Of a stretch of 64,000 nucleotides of DNA, positions 19,572-29,047 are shown in pieces. The stretch comes from an uncultured Bacillota bacterium. GTDB lineage: Bacteria; Bacillota_I; Bacilli_A; RFN20; CAG-288. Below the pieces are notes generated by a model. The model was not told where the DNA came from. It searched no databases and worked only from the letters and a program-made list of their open reading frames with translations. The translations under genes were made by a program, and so were the position numbers. The stretch covers positions 44,739 to 108,738 of the forward strand of contig CASDOO010000019.1 of the NCBI GenBank assembly GCA_949282275.1, written 5' to 3'. Position 1 is the first letter of the stretch. Each line of letters opens with the position of its first letter.

Positions 19572-20003
19572 CTACTTTTCCTCGGGAAGAGGCTCTTCCT
19601 TCTTTTTCTTGGCGATCTTCATGACGGTGGCGGCAAAGCCGGTGGCGATGGCAAGGACAAGGAAGAGGACCATGACGATCCAGGCCGGATCGAGGCTGTT
19701 GTTGTCGATGCCAGTGAAGACGTTGGAGAGATAGAGCATCTCCGAATTGAGCCAGATGCCAAGCGTGACGATATAGAGGATGTAGGGGACATAGGCGAGG
19801 AAGCCGAAGTCCTTGATCAGGACAAGGACATTCGTGACGATGGCAAGAACGAGGACGACGACGGCAGGGATGCTGACAGGCGAATAGCTGTTTCCGCCGC
19901 GGGCGACATAGACGATGAGGGCAAGAAGTCCTAGGACGAGGCTTGCGAGGGAGACATAGAATCCCGCGGCCTTCGTGGACAGGAATTTCTTGATGAAAGC
20001 CAT
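19572..20003 (-). CDS. small 4-TM membrane protein, partner of GH3 paralogue 2
   Basis: 143 aa with four hydrophobic segments. Its ATG lies 1 nt after the GH3 stop. Shares N-terminal (F)KK(I/F)L and loop features with 7763..8281. Confidence 0.7.
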   Translation of the reverse strand: MAFIKKFLSTKAAGFYVSLASLVLGLLALIVYVARGGNSYSPVSIPAVVVLVLAIVTNVLVLIKDFGFLAYVPYILYIVTLGIWLNSEMLYLSNVFTGIDNNSLDPAWIVMVLFLVLAIATGFAATVMKIAKKKKEEPLPEEK

Positions 20004-20004
20004 C

Positions 20005-23000
20005 TTAGTTTTCCTCCTTCTTCTTTCTCAGTCCGTCGACTGCCGAATAGCCAAGGAGACCGATGGAGAGAACCATACCGACGGCGCTGACAGCAATCAG
20101 GGCGATGAGGGCGGCTTCATACCAGGTGGTGATGTCGACAATCCTCGAGGTGGAAGAGAGGCCGTTCATGGCCAGGGAGTTCGCGAAGTTGTAGAGGATG
20201 CGATGCGTCGCCTCGCGCATGTTGGCAAGAAGCTTGAGATCGGCGGAAGCCCTGGGCGCGACGATTTCGGAGAAGGAGCTTCCGGAGGTGCAGAACATGG
20301 TCGTTCCGGCCTCGTAGGCAAGAAGCGGATCCATCAGCGTCTGCGGCTTCTGTCCGAAGTCGGTCGTGACGTTTCCGGTGAATCCCCACTCCTTTCCCAT
20401 GACGTTCTTCCAGAGGTTGCCGTAGTGTCCCGTCCAGGTCACGCCAAGACGGTTGAAGGCACCCATGACGCCCGTGCAGGCCTTGTCGTCCTCTCCCGTC
20501 GTCTCGAAGGCATCCTGGAAGGCGCGGAGATAGATTTCGCGGATGGCCTGTTCGTTGGCGAAGGTGCAGACGCCGATACGGTTGGTTTCCTGGTCGTTGA
20601 GGAAGAAGTGCTTGAGGTAGGGGATGACGCCCTTTTCCATTGCGCCCTTGCTTTCGGACTCGCAGAGCTTGCCGGAGATGAAGCCATCTTCGGAATAGTA
20701 TTCGAAGTTACGTCCGGAGTAAGGCGTGCGGTGGATGTTGGCGGCAGGGCCATACCAGCCCACGCCTCCGCCCCAGAGGCCTTCCTCGCCGAAGCTGACG
20801 CCAAGCCTGTGGGTAAGATCGAGGTTCCAAGTACCGGCGATGACCGTCTCCGTCGGATAGAGGACCATTGCTTCCTCGGTCACCTTGGCCGTCTCACTGT
20901 AGTCGTCGTACTTTTCCTTGTAGTGGGACTTGGTCCAGGCAGCCGGCCCATCGACGGCCGTCGTCTCGGGAAGACCGATCGACTGGATGGCGGAGCGTCC
21001 CTGCTTGTTGAAGTCGGCCATTTCCTGGATGGAGATCTGATCGAGAAGCGTGTCCCAGTTCTCGTCGTCATAGTCACGTCCCATCATCATGGCGATGTTG
21101 TATTTTGTAGCAGTGGATCCGGTGGTGATGGAAGAGGTGTCCTTGTCGCCAGGGGTATAGGCGCTAGGTTCGTTTATCGGGCTGTAGAGGGCATCCATGT
21201 CCGCGATCATCTTCGCGGGAGCCGAGTAGCCGCTCATGTTCTTTGGCCAGGTACCCTGCCAGTCGTTGCGGCTGAGGTAGGTGACAATGTCCTTGCCTTC
21301 GGCATAATGGTTGATGTCTGCCGTCTCGAACTGATTCGTGATCTTATTGAGCGTGGCCGAGAGGGAATAGTCGGCCTCATCGCCGTTCTTGTCCCACTGG
21401 CGGACGAGACTAGCGTCGCCTTCCGCGTCCATGCCATCCTGGACGGACTTTCCCTTGAGGTCAAGAATATTGTTGAGGGCATCGTGGGCACTTTCGCCAA
21501 GGGCAAAGTAGTAGGTCCCATCCTCCATCACGTAGGTCTTGGCGTTCTTGTAGTCATAGCTGGCAAGGTCGCTCAGGTCGATTTCAAGGGTCACCTCAAG
21601 ACTTTGGTCAGGTTCAATGATGTCCGTCTTGGCAAAGCCGATGAGCTGGACGCTCGATTTCTCGATGCCGCCTGCCGTATAGGGGGCCTGTCCATAGAGT
21701 TCGACGGTATGCTTTCCGGCAGCATCGCCCGTGTTCTTGACCGTCACCCTCATCGTGGCGCTCTTGTTCTTAGCATCGATATCGAAGGCTGTAATGCTCT
21801 CCTCGAACGTCGTGTAGGATAGGCCGTGCCCGAAGGGGAACTGGACTTCTTCGGAATAGTCCCATCCATTTTCGGAGGCAAAGCTTCCCGTCGCGGAAGA
21901 GGCGTTGCCCTTTCCAAGGACGCTATCCTCATAGCGCGTCTCGTAATAGCGGTATCCCACATAGATACCTTCGTTGTACATCAGATACTTGCGAGAATCG
22001 GCGTTGGCGATGCTTTCGGCATTCACAAAGGTGAAGTCGCCGTAGTTCTGCATGGCCGGGGAAGAGAAGGTGTCGTAGGCATAGGTGTCGGCAAGCCGTC
22101 CGGAGGGATTGACGTTTCCGACAAGGATGTCCACGACCGAATCCAAACCGCACTCGCCCGGACCGCCAATATAGAGGCAGGCATCGATGTTGTATTCGTC
22201 AAGCCAGCCAAGCTCGGGCGTGTTGAAGGTGTTGACGAGAACGATCCGCTTCTTGAAGGGGCCATCCTTCATTGCCTGAAGCACCGATTTCTCATCCTCC
22301 GTCAGGGCAAGATACTTGTCGGCATCCTCGCTGGCGCTTGTCGTGATGAGGTCGTTTCCTTCGCCACCGATACGCGTCAGGACGAAGATGGCGGCATCAG
22401 AGTAGTCGTTGAAGCTTTCCTTGAGATCGTTAGTGAACTCACTGGAAGGGACCTCAGGAGCCTGGAAGGAAACCGGCGTCGCATTGGGGCCCCAGCCACC
22501 GCCAAGCTTTCGGGTCAGTTGGCCATCCTTTGCCATGAAGCCGCTTTCGAGCTTTCCCTTGTAGAAGGCATCCATCGTCGGATTCATCTCCAGGCGCCCG
22601 TCCGCTGCACAGGCCTTGGAAAAATCGACTTCCCTTTCCGCGCTTGCCGTCACGCCACCTGAGCCTGTGCCGCCATAGGCGACATCGACGCTAGAATAGG
22701 AGAAGAAGGTGACCTTGCTTTTCTTGGCAAGGGGAAGGGCGTCGTTCTTGTTCGTCATCAGGACCGTGCCTTCGGCTTGGACATCCTTGGCGATGCTCCT
22801 GGCATTGTCGCGGACGTCCGTATAGGAGTCGAACTCGCTCTTGAAGTAGGTCGTATCCTTGTTTTCGGATTCATCGTCGACGATGGCCGTCCCCTGGATG
22901 TTGAGGAACTTGTTGATGTAGCCGGACCATTCCTGGGTGACCGCGTTTCCGGCGATGGCCATGATGTTGACCAACAGACAGGCGGAAGCAACGGGACGCC

Positions 23001-23034
23001 AGATCTTCTGATTCTTGAGAATGTCTTTGATCAT
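20005..23034 (-). CDS. glycoside hydrolase family 3, N- and C-terminal hydrophobic anchors (paralogue 2)
   Basis: 1009 aa. KHFFLNDQETNR and GNVTTDFG motifs. N-terminal IWRPVASACLLVNIMAIAGNAV; C-terminal ALIALIAVSAVGMVLSIGLLGY followed by a KKKEEN tail. Confidence 0.88.
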   Translation of the reverse strand: MIKDILKNQKIWRPVASACLLVNIMAIAGNAVTQEWSGYINKFLNIQGTAIVDDESENKDTTYFKSEFDSYTDVRDNARSIAKDVQAEGTVLMTNKNDALPLAKKSKVTFFSYSSVDVAYGGTGSGGVTASAEREVDFSKACAADGRLEMNPTMDAFYKGKLESGFMAKDGQLTRKLGGGWGPNATPVSFQAPEVPSSEFTNDLKESFNDYSDAAIFVLTRIGGEGNDLITTSASEDADKYLALTEDEKSVLQAMKDGPFKKRIVLVNTFNTPELGWLDEYNIDACLYIGGPGECGLDSVVDILVGNVNPSGRLADTYAYDTFSSPAMQNYGDFTFVNAESIANADSRKYLMYNEGIYVGYRYYETRYEDSVLGKGNASSATGSFASENGWDYSEEVQFPFGHGLSYTTFEESITAFDIDAKNKSATMRVTVKNTGDAAGKHTVELYGQAPYTAGGIEKSSVQLIGFAKTDIIEPDQSLEVTLEIDLSDLASYDYKNAKTYVMEDGTYYFALGESAHDALNNILDLKGKSVQDGMDAEGDASLVRQWDKNGDEADYSLSATLNKITNQFETADINHYAEGKDIVTYLSRNDWQGTWPKNMSGYSAPAKMIADMDALYSPINEPSAYTPGDKDTSSITTGSTATKYNIAMMMGRDYDDENWDTLLDQISIQEMADFNKQGRSAIQSIGLPETTAVDGPAAWTKSHYKEKYDDYSETAKVTEEAMVLYPTETVIAGTWNLDLTHRLGVSFGEEGLWGGGVGWYGPAANIHRTPYSGRNFEYYSEDGFISGKLCESESKGAMEKGVIPYLKHFFLNDQETNRIGVCTFANEQAIREIYLRAFQDAFETTGEDDKACTGVMGAFNRLGVTWTGHYGNLWKNVMGKEWGFTGNVTTDFGQKPQTLMDPLLAYEAGTTMFCTSGSSFSEIVAPRASADLKLLANMREATHRILYNFANSLAMNGLSSTSRIVDITTWYEAALIALIAVSAVGMVLSIGLLGYSAVDGLRKKKEEN

Positions 23035-23144
23035 GTTTGTCCTTTCTCATCGAGTCGTCTCTTCGATGTTCTTTCGAATTTGGCAACAGGAAAGACTTAC
23101 CGGTGAAGGTCTTTCGCTGTGCCTATTTAAAAGCCAAAAGGCTC

Positions 23145-23969
23145 TTAAACCTTTTCTTCGTCTGCAAAATCTTCCAAAAGCCGTGCCTCGAAGTAGGGCG
23201 TCCACCAATAGAGATAGCCAGTGCGATAGGGGTGGATGGCGTCGGCCATGTAGAAGCGATAGTCCTCGTCGGATATGGCGTTGAATTCCTTGTCGTTGAA
23301 AAGGTCGATCATGTGCACTTCATAGTCCTCATGGGCATCGTACTTGGAGACGATTTGCCGTGCCCCCTCTACAAGCCTTGCGTAGTCCGATCCCTTGGTG
23401 TTTCCGATGGAGCGCAGTCCCTCGTCTTCGAAATAGGCGTTGGTATAGATGTAGATGGGGCAGTCCCAGGTCTTCTCGACGTAGACCAAGATGCTTTCGA
23501 TTGCCCCATAGGTTGTGCGGATGTCAAAGGAGTCGGCGGAAAAGACATTGTCCGACGTGATTTCACCCCATTTGTCAAGCCGACTTTCTTGGGCATCGTT
23601 CGTCGAAAGCTGAAGAACAAAGGCATCGATGTCCGCTTCCTTGTCGAAATGCTTTGAGTGGACAAGCCTCGCATAGTAGGAATCCCCTTCCTCCTCGGAG
23701 ATAAGGGTCGTTCCGCTGATGGCATCCTTGACGCAGTGCATGCCATCGATGGCTTCAAGATAGTCTGGTACGGCACACTCCTCGCTTCGCATTCCCAAGG
23801 TCACCGAGCTTCCAAGAAAATAGAGGGTCTTCCCGTTGAGGGCGTTTTCCTTCTTCTCCTGTCTTTCCGGGGCATACTCGTTGGCATTGGAGGAAGCCAG
23901 GCTATCGCAGGACGTGACAAGAGTGAGCAGGGCCAGGCCCATGATAAGGATTCGTTTCTTGTTCTTCAT
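23145..23969 (-). CDS. SGNH/GDSL-type hydrolase lipoprotein (candidate carbohydrate esterase)
   Basis: Track ORF 23145..24035. I prefer MKNKKRILIMGLALLTLVTSC (lipobox) at 23969. Block I FLGSS and block V DAIHP. Confidence 0.8.
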   Translation of the reverse strand: MKNKKRILIMGLALLTLVTSCDSLASSNANEYAPERQEKKENALNGKTLYFLGSSVTLGMRSEECAVPDYLEAIDGMHCVKDAISGTTLISEEEGDSYYARLVHSKHFDKEADIDAFVLQLSTNDAQESRLDKWGEITSDNVFSADSFDIRTTYGAIESILVYVEKTWDCPIYIYTNAYFEDEGLRSIGNTKGSDYARLVEGARQIVSKYDAHEDYEVHMIDLFNDKEFNAISDEDYRFYMADAIHPYRTGYLYWWTPYFEARLLEDFADEEKV

Positions 23970-24041
23970 GCCACCATTATAGGAATTTCTGAAACCCCTT
24001 TCCGCTTTTTGGCAGAATTGGCAATTCAAAGCCACGATTCG

Positions 24042-25364
24042 CTATTTCGTGGCAGATTCGGTTTCTTTCCTGGCATTTTCGGGAGGCAGGGGAAGGAAGA
24101 TATCGACCATGAATTGTCCGTTTCGATAGATCATGGTCATGTTCCCGCCGTATTTCTGGGCAAGGTATTGCATGCTCTTCGTGCCATAGCCATGCCCCTT
24201 TTCCATCTTCGTGGATTTGGGGAAGCCGTTTTGGAACACGGGTTTGGCATGGCAGGCGTTCTCGACGTGGATGTGTCCCATCTCGCCATTGCGGACGGCC
24301 CTCAGGAAGAGGCGTCTTTTCCCTTCCTCGACCCTATCCTGTTCCTCGATGGCGTTGTCCAGGGCATTTCCGAAGAGGGAACAGAGATCCCCGGAACCGA
24401 TGAAGGAAAAGACGGCACCATCGACAAGAAGGGAGAAGTCGATGTTCCTCTCGCGACATTTTCGCATCTTTTCCGTCAAAAGATAGTCCAAGGCATCGTT
24501 TCCGCTTTCGACCATGGCATCATAGATATCCACCTGCTTCTCCAATTCCTTCAGTTCCCTGGACTTTCCTTCGCTTTCCTGCCGTTGCAGCTCCATCAGC
24601 CGATGCTTGAGGTCGTGGGAAAGGATGTTGACTCTTTCCATGTTCTCCCTGGCCATCGTGTAATAGCGGGTCTCGGCATCCAGGCGCATTTGAAGTTCCC
24701 TGTTGCCTTCCTCGAGACGAGCATTCCGGAAGATGCCAAACTGGATGAAGAGAATCATTCCGGCCAGGATCGAGGAATAAAGCTCATAGACCATCGCGAC
24801 GGAGCCATCCTCCAAAAGGACGCTGTTGAAATGGCGGATGTAGATGCCCAAAACGATCATGATGATTAGGAAGGATACCGAAAGAAGAAGCGTCGAGACC
24901 CTTGGAATCTGCTGCAGGTCCTCAACCCGGAGCTTTCTCAAAAGCAGAAGATAGAAAAGCGAATAGAGAACGGCATAGACGGCAGCCAGGACAAGAAGAT
25001 AGAGAATGTCGTCATACTGGTTTGCCAGGGGGATTCCCGCAAGACGCATGATCAGTCCATAGAGATGATGGCCGAAGTTCTGGACGACCATGGCTCCCGT
25101 CCAATAGAAAAGTGTCCGAAAGACATTCAGCCGGAAGGGAAGGAAGACAAGAAGGAAGGAGAAAAGGTAGCAGAGCAGATAGTAGAGAAAGATGCTGACC
25201 CCTTCCGGAAGGAAGAAGAGGGATTCGGGCTTGGCAAAGAGGATACTGATCGTCAGCTCGACTGCCAGCTGGGGCAAAAAAAGAAGCCAGAAGTGCTTCT
25301 TTCGCGGAAAGCGATAGAACATCAATGCCAAAGGCACGATGAGCTGAACGAAGAAACCGATCAT
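24042..25364 (-). CDS. AgrC/HPK10-like sensor histidine kinase (polytopic N-terminus, GHKL C-terminus), system 1
   Basis: 440 aa with 6-7 TM segments, H-box SHDLKH and an ATP-lid-like GHGYGTKS. Overlaps the upstream response regulator by 4 nt. Confidence 0.85.
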   Translation of the reverse strand: MIGFFVQLIVPLALMFYRFPRKKHFWLLFLPQLAVELTISILFAKPESLFFLPEGVSIFLYYLLCYLFSFLLVFLPFRLNVFRTLFYWTGAMVVQNFGHHLYGLIMRLAGIPLANQYDDILYLLVLAAVYAVLYSLFYLLLLRKLRVEDLQQIPRVSTLLLSVSFLIIMIVLGIYIRHFNSVLLEDGSVAMVYELYSSILAGMILFIQFGIFRNARLEEGNRELQMRLDAETRYYTMARENMERVNILSHDLKHRLMELQRQESEGKSRELKELEKQVDIYDAMVESGNDALDYLLTEKMRKCRERNIDFSLLVDGAVFSFIGSGDLCSLFGNALDNAIEEQDRVEEGKRRLFLRAVRNGEMGHIHVENACHAKPVFQNGFPKSTKMEKGHGYGTKSMQYLAQKYGGNMTMIYRNGQFMVDIFLPLPPENARKETESATK

Positions 25365-26071
25365 TTCCGATCCCCGTAGAACACAGCAAGGGTTTCAAGG
25401 AAGGCCTTCTTCCGGGAACGGGAGATTGGAAGCGTCTCTCCTCCCTGAAGGGTGATGTTGTCCCCCTGCACGCGGCGAACATAGGAAAGGTTCACGAGAT
25501 AGGAGTTGGAAGAACGGGCAAAAGGAAGGCGTTGCAGGCTTTCTGGAAGATCCTTCAGGGATCCTCGGACACGATAGCTTTCCTTGTCGACGTGATAGAC
25601 CAAGTAGTGGAGCTGGCTTTCCACGAATCGGATGTCCTCAAGCTCGATCCTTACCTTTCCGTCGGCACTCGGAAGAAGGAGATAGACTTTCTGCCTCTTC
25701 TGGCACAGGCGGATGGCTCTCTCCATGCGATGGTAAAAGGGAAAATAGTCAATGGGCTTGACAAGGAAGTCCATGGCATCCACTTCATATCCTTTCAGAG
25801 CATAGTTGGCAAGGCTCGTGACGAAGATGAGGACGGCTTCCGTATCCATGGCGCGAAGCCTCCTAGCCGTCTCCAGACCATCAAGATTCGGCATGGATAT
25901 ATCCATGAAGACAATCTGGAAGCCGGAGCCATATCTACCAAGGAAGTCCAGCCCATCCCCAAAAAGCGCAATCTGCACCTCGAGGGATGTCTCTTTGGCA
26001 AATCGTTCCACGTAGCGCTGAAGAAGGAGACGATGGCTTTCCTCGTCCTCCACGATGGCAATCTTTATCAT
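25361..26071 (-). CDS. LytTR-family response regulator (AgrA/ComE-like), system 1
   Basis: 236 aa. Receiver domain (IVFMDISMPNLDG) plus a C-terminal LytTR-type domain (YLVNLSYVRRVQGDNITL). Confidence 0.9.
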   Translation of the reverse strand: MIKIAIVEDEESHRLLLQRYVERFAKETSLEVQIALFGDGLDFLGRYGSGFQIVFMDISMPNLDGLETARRLRAMDTEAVLIFVTSLANYALKGYEVDAMDFLVKPIDYFPFYHRMERAIRLCQKRQKVYLLLPSADGKVRIELEDIRFVESQLHYLVYHVDKESYRVRGSLKDLPESLQRLPFARSSNSYLVNLSYVRRVQGDNITLQGGETLPISRSRKKAFLETLAVFYGDRK

Positions 26072-26278
26072 TGTCTTTTTCTAAAATAGCATAATGCCAA
26101 TCGACGTGAAAGCCCGTCCTCCTTTCCCTGAAAGCACGCTGATGTCCTTTTCGTTTACGGTCTTCGATAAGTGAAAAGAAATGTCGTCTTTCTCTGCCCC
26201 CCTCTTTTAGAACTGTCGATTCAAAAACAAATTACTCTCCTAAAGGAGGAAAAAGGAGACAGGGACTCTCAAAGCAGC

Positions 26279-26644
26279 CTACGCCTTCTTTTCTTTTTCG
26301 GACTTGAGACGACTAAGCAGCGGCGGAATGACAACGAAGAGAATATCGGCGACAAGAAGAACCCACTCGAACGCAAAGGCAAAGGCTCCTCCAAACTGCA
26401 AGGTCACGTCCATATTGTCCTTTTCGAGGGCGAAGGTAAGTCCCATCGTTATGCTGCTAAGGACATTCAACAGGAACAAGGCCAACAGCTGAACGATCGT
26501 GAACTTCTTCCCAGTCCAGAATGATTTATGAACGAAACCCATCAGGAAAAGAATCGGGACAAGGAAGACCAAAACGATTTCGAAAGTGGCAAAGTGAAGA
26601 TGGCTGCATTTTCCGTGATGGAGAAGAAAAACTGTAAGCGTCAA
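26279..26644 (-). CDS. small membrane protein, probably 5'-truncated at the IS66 boundary
   Basis: The track ORF starts on a TTG that lies inside the IS66 terminal repeat. There is no RBS for any candidate start. Hydrophobic, with C-terminal tail SRLKSEKEKKA. Has a degenerate paralogous remnant at 19197..19288. Confidence 0.45.
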   Translation of the reverse strand: MTLTVFLLHHGKCSHLHFATFEIVLVFLVPILFLMGFVHKSFWTGKKFTIVQLLALFLLNVLSSITMGLTFALEKDNMDVTLQFGGAFAFAFEWVLLVADILFVVIPPLLSRLKSEKEKKA

Positions 26645-26693
26645 AGAATCAGTCTATTGAGTTTTGAAGTTTGAACAAAAAAAGATGAGGTGC

Positions 26694-28328
26694 TTAGTCC
26701 TCATCCAGGGTTATGTTCCATGGCAGGTAGTTTTCGTAGTCGAAGTTCTTGTCTTCTTTGTAGGGAAGTTCCTTTAGCAGTTTGGTTATGTACTTGACCG
26801 GGTTCAGTTTGTTCTCCATTGCCGTTTTCACTAGTGAATAATACATCAGGGTAATATCTGCCCCTTTTCTGGTGTTCGCGAACATCCAGTTCTTTCTTCC
26901 TATCACGATATCCTTGATCCCCCTTTCGCTGGCATTGTTGTCCAGCTCCAGTCTTCCGTCTTTGAACACTTCCTTGAAGCCCGTTATATGGTCCTTGAAA
27001 TATCGAACCGCCTTATAAAGCCCCGATTTGGTCGTCAAGGTATCCTTGAAACCATCGATATATGCTTCCAGTTTTTCCAATATCGGCAGTTCCTTGATGT
27101 TCCTTGATGCCTTTATTTCTTCATAACCATGTGCTTCTTCCTTTATCTTCCTTTCTTCATGGTAAATCTCGCCGATAAGATTCACTATCCTGACCGCCTT
27201 GCTTTCCTTGCTGCTGTTCTTGTTTATCAGTTGATAAAAGCATCGTCTTATATGGGGCAGGCAATAGACGTTGGTGATATTTTCCATTCCTTGATAGGCA
27301 TTGTAGCCATCGCTTATCAAGTATCTTTTCCTGTCTGTCTTGAAATAATCGACAAGAACCCTTTTGTCTCTTCCGGGTCCCTGTCTATATGAATAGGCAG
27401 GATGATGACCGTTCCCTGTCGAGAACAACCAGATATAGCTGTTGTGTTTGCTGGTCGTTGCCTTTTCCTTTCTATATTCCAGGACATTCAGTTCTGTCTC
27501 GTCGGTTCTATTGATATCGGCGGATCTGATATATTCATCTATCTTATCTACCAAAGGTCTGATGGCATTGGAACTTTGAAATATCAAGTTAGACATGCAT
27601 TGCCTTGAAAACTCAATGCCTTCCAATTTGAAGGCTTTCTCTTGTCTGTATAAAGGCAGACTCTTCAGGACTTTGTCATTGATGATTTCGGACAGGACTT
27701 CTTCCGATACCATCGACTTGCCCAATGCTCCCCTTTCCTCAGAGGCCTTGACGATCTCGCCGGTATCTTTGTCTCTGTATTGGTGATAATGGGTTTCCTT
27801 GATGTAGTGTCTGGCCGGCATGACGCATAAGGTCTTTTTGATGATATCGGAGTTGATATCGATCAATTTGTCATCGTTCAAGCGCACGTCGAATCTTTTG
27901 ATGGGCAAATCACTGTTCTCGAAATTGACCAGGTTTCTTCTTCTTTGAATCTCTTTCTTTTCTTCGGGCTTCCTTTCCGCTTCGGCAATCCTTTCTTCCA
28001 ATTCGCCTTCTTCTTGATTGGTCTCGATGTCATCGAACAAAGACAGCTGTTCACTCAGGGCCTCTTTCTGCCTGGCAAACTTCATCTTGGCCCTGATACC
28101 GGCCAAGTTCTTGTAATGAATCATCTCCAGATACAGATATTGATTCTTCTCGTGCAATTCCTTGATTTGTTCTTCTTGCCTTTCCAAGGCCTTGGACATG
28201 ATGGAAATGCTTTCGTCTTTATTGTTCAGCAAGGAAATGATTGACTTGTATTGTTCTTCAGACAAAGAGTTTTTAAGTATAGAATCAATGTCTTCTTCCA
28301 TGTCAATATTATACGAAAAAACACCCAT
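26694..28328 (-). CDS. IS66-family transposase TnpC
   Basis: 544 aa. N-terminal coiled coil, then a central region typical of IS66 TnpC (LPLYRQEKAF...YIWLFSTG...DGYNAYQG...CLPHIRRCF). Confidence 0.9.
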   Translation of the reverse strand: MGVFSYNIDMEEDIDSILKNSLSEEQYKSIISLLNNKDESISIMSKALERQEEQIKELHEKNQYLYLEMIHYKNLAGIRAKMKFARQKEALSEQLSLFDDIETNQEEGELEERIAEAERKPEEKKEIQRRRNLVNFENSDLPIKRFDVRLNDDKLIDINSDIIKKTLCVMPARHYIKETHYHQYRDKDTGEIVKASEERGALGKSMVSEEVLSEIINDKVLKSLPLYRQEKAFKLEGIEFSRQCMSNLIFQSSNAIRPLVDKIDEYIRSADINRTDETELNVLEYRKEKATTSKHNSYIWLFSTGNGHHPAYSYRQGPGRDKRVLVDYFKTDRKRYLISDGYNAYQGMENITNVYCLPHIRRCFYQLINKNSSKESKAVRIVNLIGEIYHEERKIKEEAHGYEEIKASRNIKELPILEKLEAYIDGFKDTLTTKSGLYKAVRYFKDHITGFKEVFKDGRLELDNNASERGIKDIVIGRKNWMFANTRKGADITLMYYSLVKTAMENKLNPVKYITKLLKELPYKEDKNFDYENYLPWNITLDED

Positions 28329-28347
28329 TGAAAAGAAGCAAATCCCC

Positions 28348-28698
28348 TCATAAAATCACACTTCTTTTGTATTCTTTTATGTATCCCTTCGGTTCTATTT
28401 CCAACCCGTTCAACAACCATTCCATCTGCTCATGAGTTATCTTCTTTGTGTCTTTGTTTTTGAGCCATTTGAACTTTCCTTCTTCCAATCTGTAAGTCAA
28501 TAGCCAGAAACCACTGCCTCCCCAGTAAAGTATCTTCATCTTGTCCTTGCTTTTGGACATGAAGACATAAAGGCAGTTGCCAAAGGGATCCAAATCGAAC
28601 TCCTCGATCAGTTTCATGGTCAATGAATTGATGCCACACCTGAAGTCGGTAAAGCCGGTGATCAAAATGATGTCCGGTCTTTCATCCCTCTTATACAT
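28348..28698 (-). CDS. IS66 Orf2 (TnpB) accessory protein
   Basis: 116 aa. TDFRCGINSL...KILYWGGSGFWLLTYRLEEGKFKW matches the IS66 Orf2 family. Confidence 0.9.
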   Translation of the reverse strand: MYKRDERPDIILITGFTDFRCGINSLTMKLIEEFDLDPFGNCLYVFMSKSKDKMKILYWGGSGFWLLTYRLEEGKFKWLKNKDTKKITHEQMEWLLNGLEIEPKGYIKEYKRSVIL

Positions 28699-28972
28699 CC
28701 TTGATCACCTCCAAAGAAGAAAACGGTTCTTCTTCATTATTGAAAGAGATGCCGACCTTCTTGCCGCTTGATATGAAAGAAAGATTATCAGTGCCATTGG
28801 CGATAGGTTTCTCTGATCTCGTGCATTCGATCCTTTCGCCGGTTATTCTGTGTCTGGCATTGTGGAAAGAAGATAGTGTCAAGTTGTCCGACTCACAAAA
28901 CTTGGCTGTACATGACCCACTGTTCCTTTGAACATCGAATGACTTTGACCAATCTTCGTCGGTTCTTCTCAT
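28691..28972 (-). CDS. IS66 Orf1 (TnpA)-like small protein
   Basis: 93 aa. Overlaps tnpB by 8 nt, in the canonical first position of IS66 elements. Confidence 0.7.
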   Translation of the reverse strand: MRRTDEDWSKSFDVQRNSGSCTAKFCESDNLTLSSFHNARHRITGERIECTRSEKPIANGTDNLSFISSGKKVGISFNNEEEPFSSLEVIKDV

Positions 28973-29047
28973 AAAGGAAGCCTCCTATATGAGGAGAAGA
29001 TATCAATAAACCAAATCCAAAACTAGAAGACTAATTCTTTGACGCTT

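Noticed and set aside
26279-26644. Whether the small membrane ORF upstream of LytTR system 1 is an AgrB-type peptidase (with a lost AgrD)
   Set aside because: It is only 121 aa, lacks the conserved His...Cys spacing of AgrB as I recall it, and has no adjacent small peptide ORF. It remains possible only as a heavily truncated remnant.
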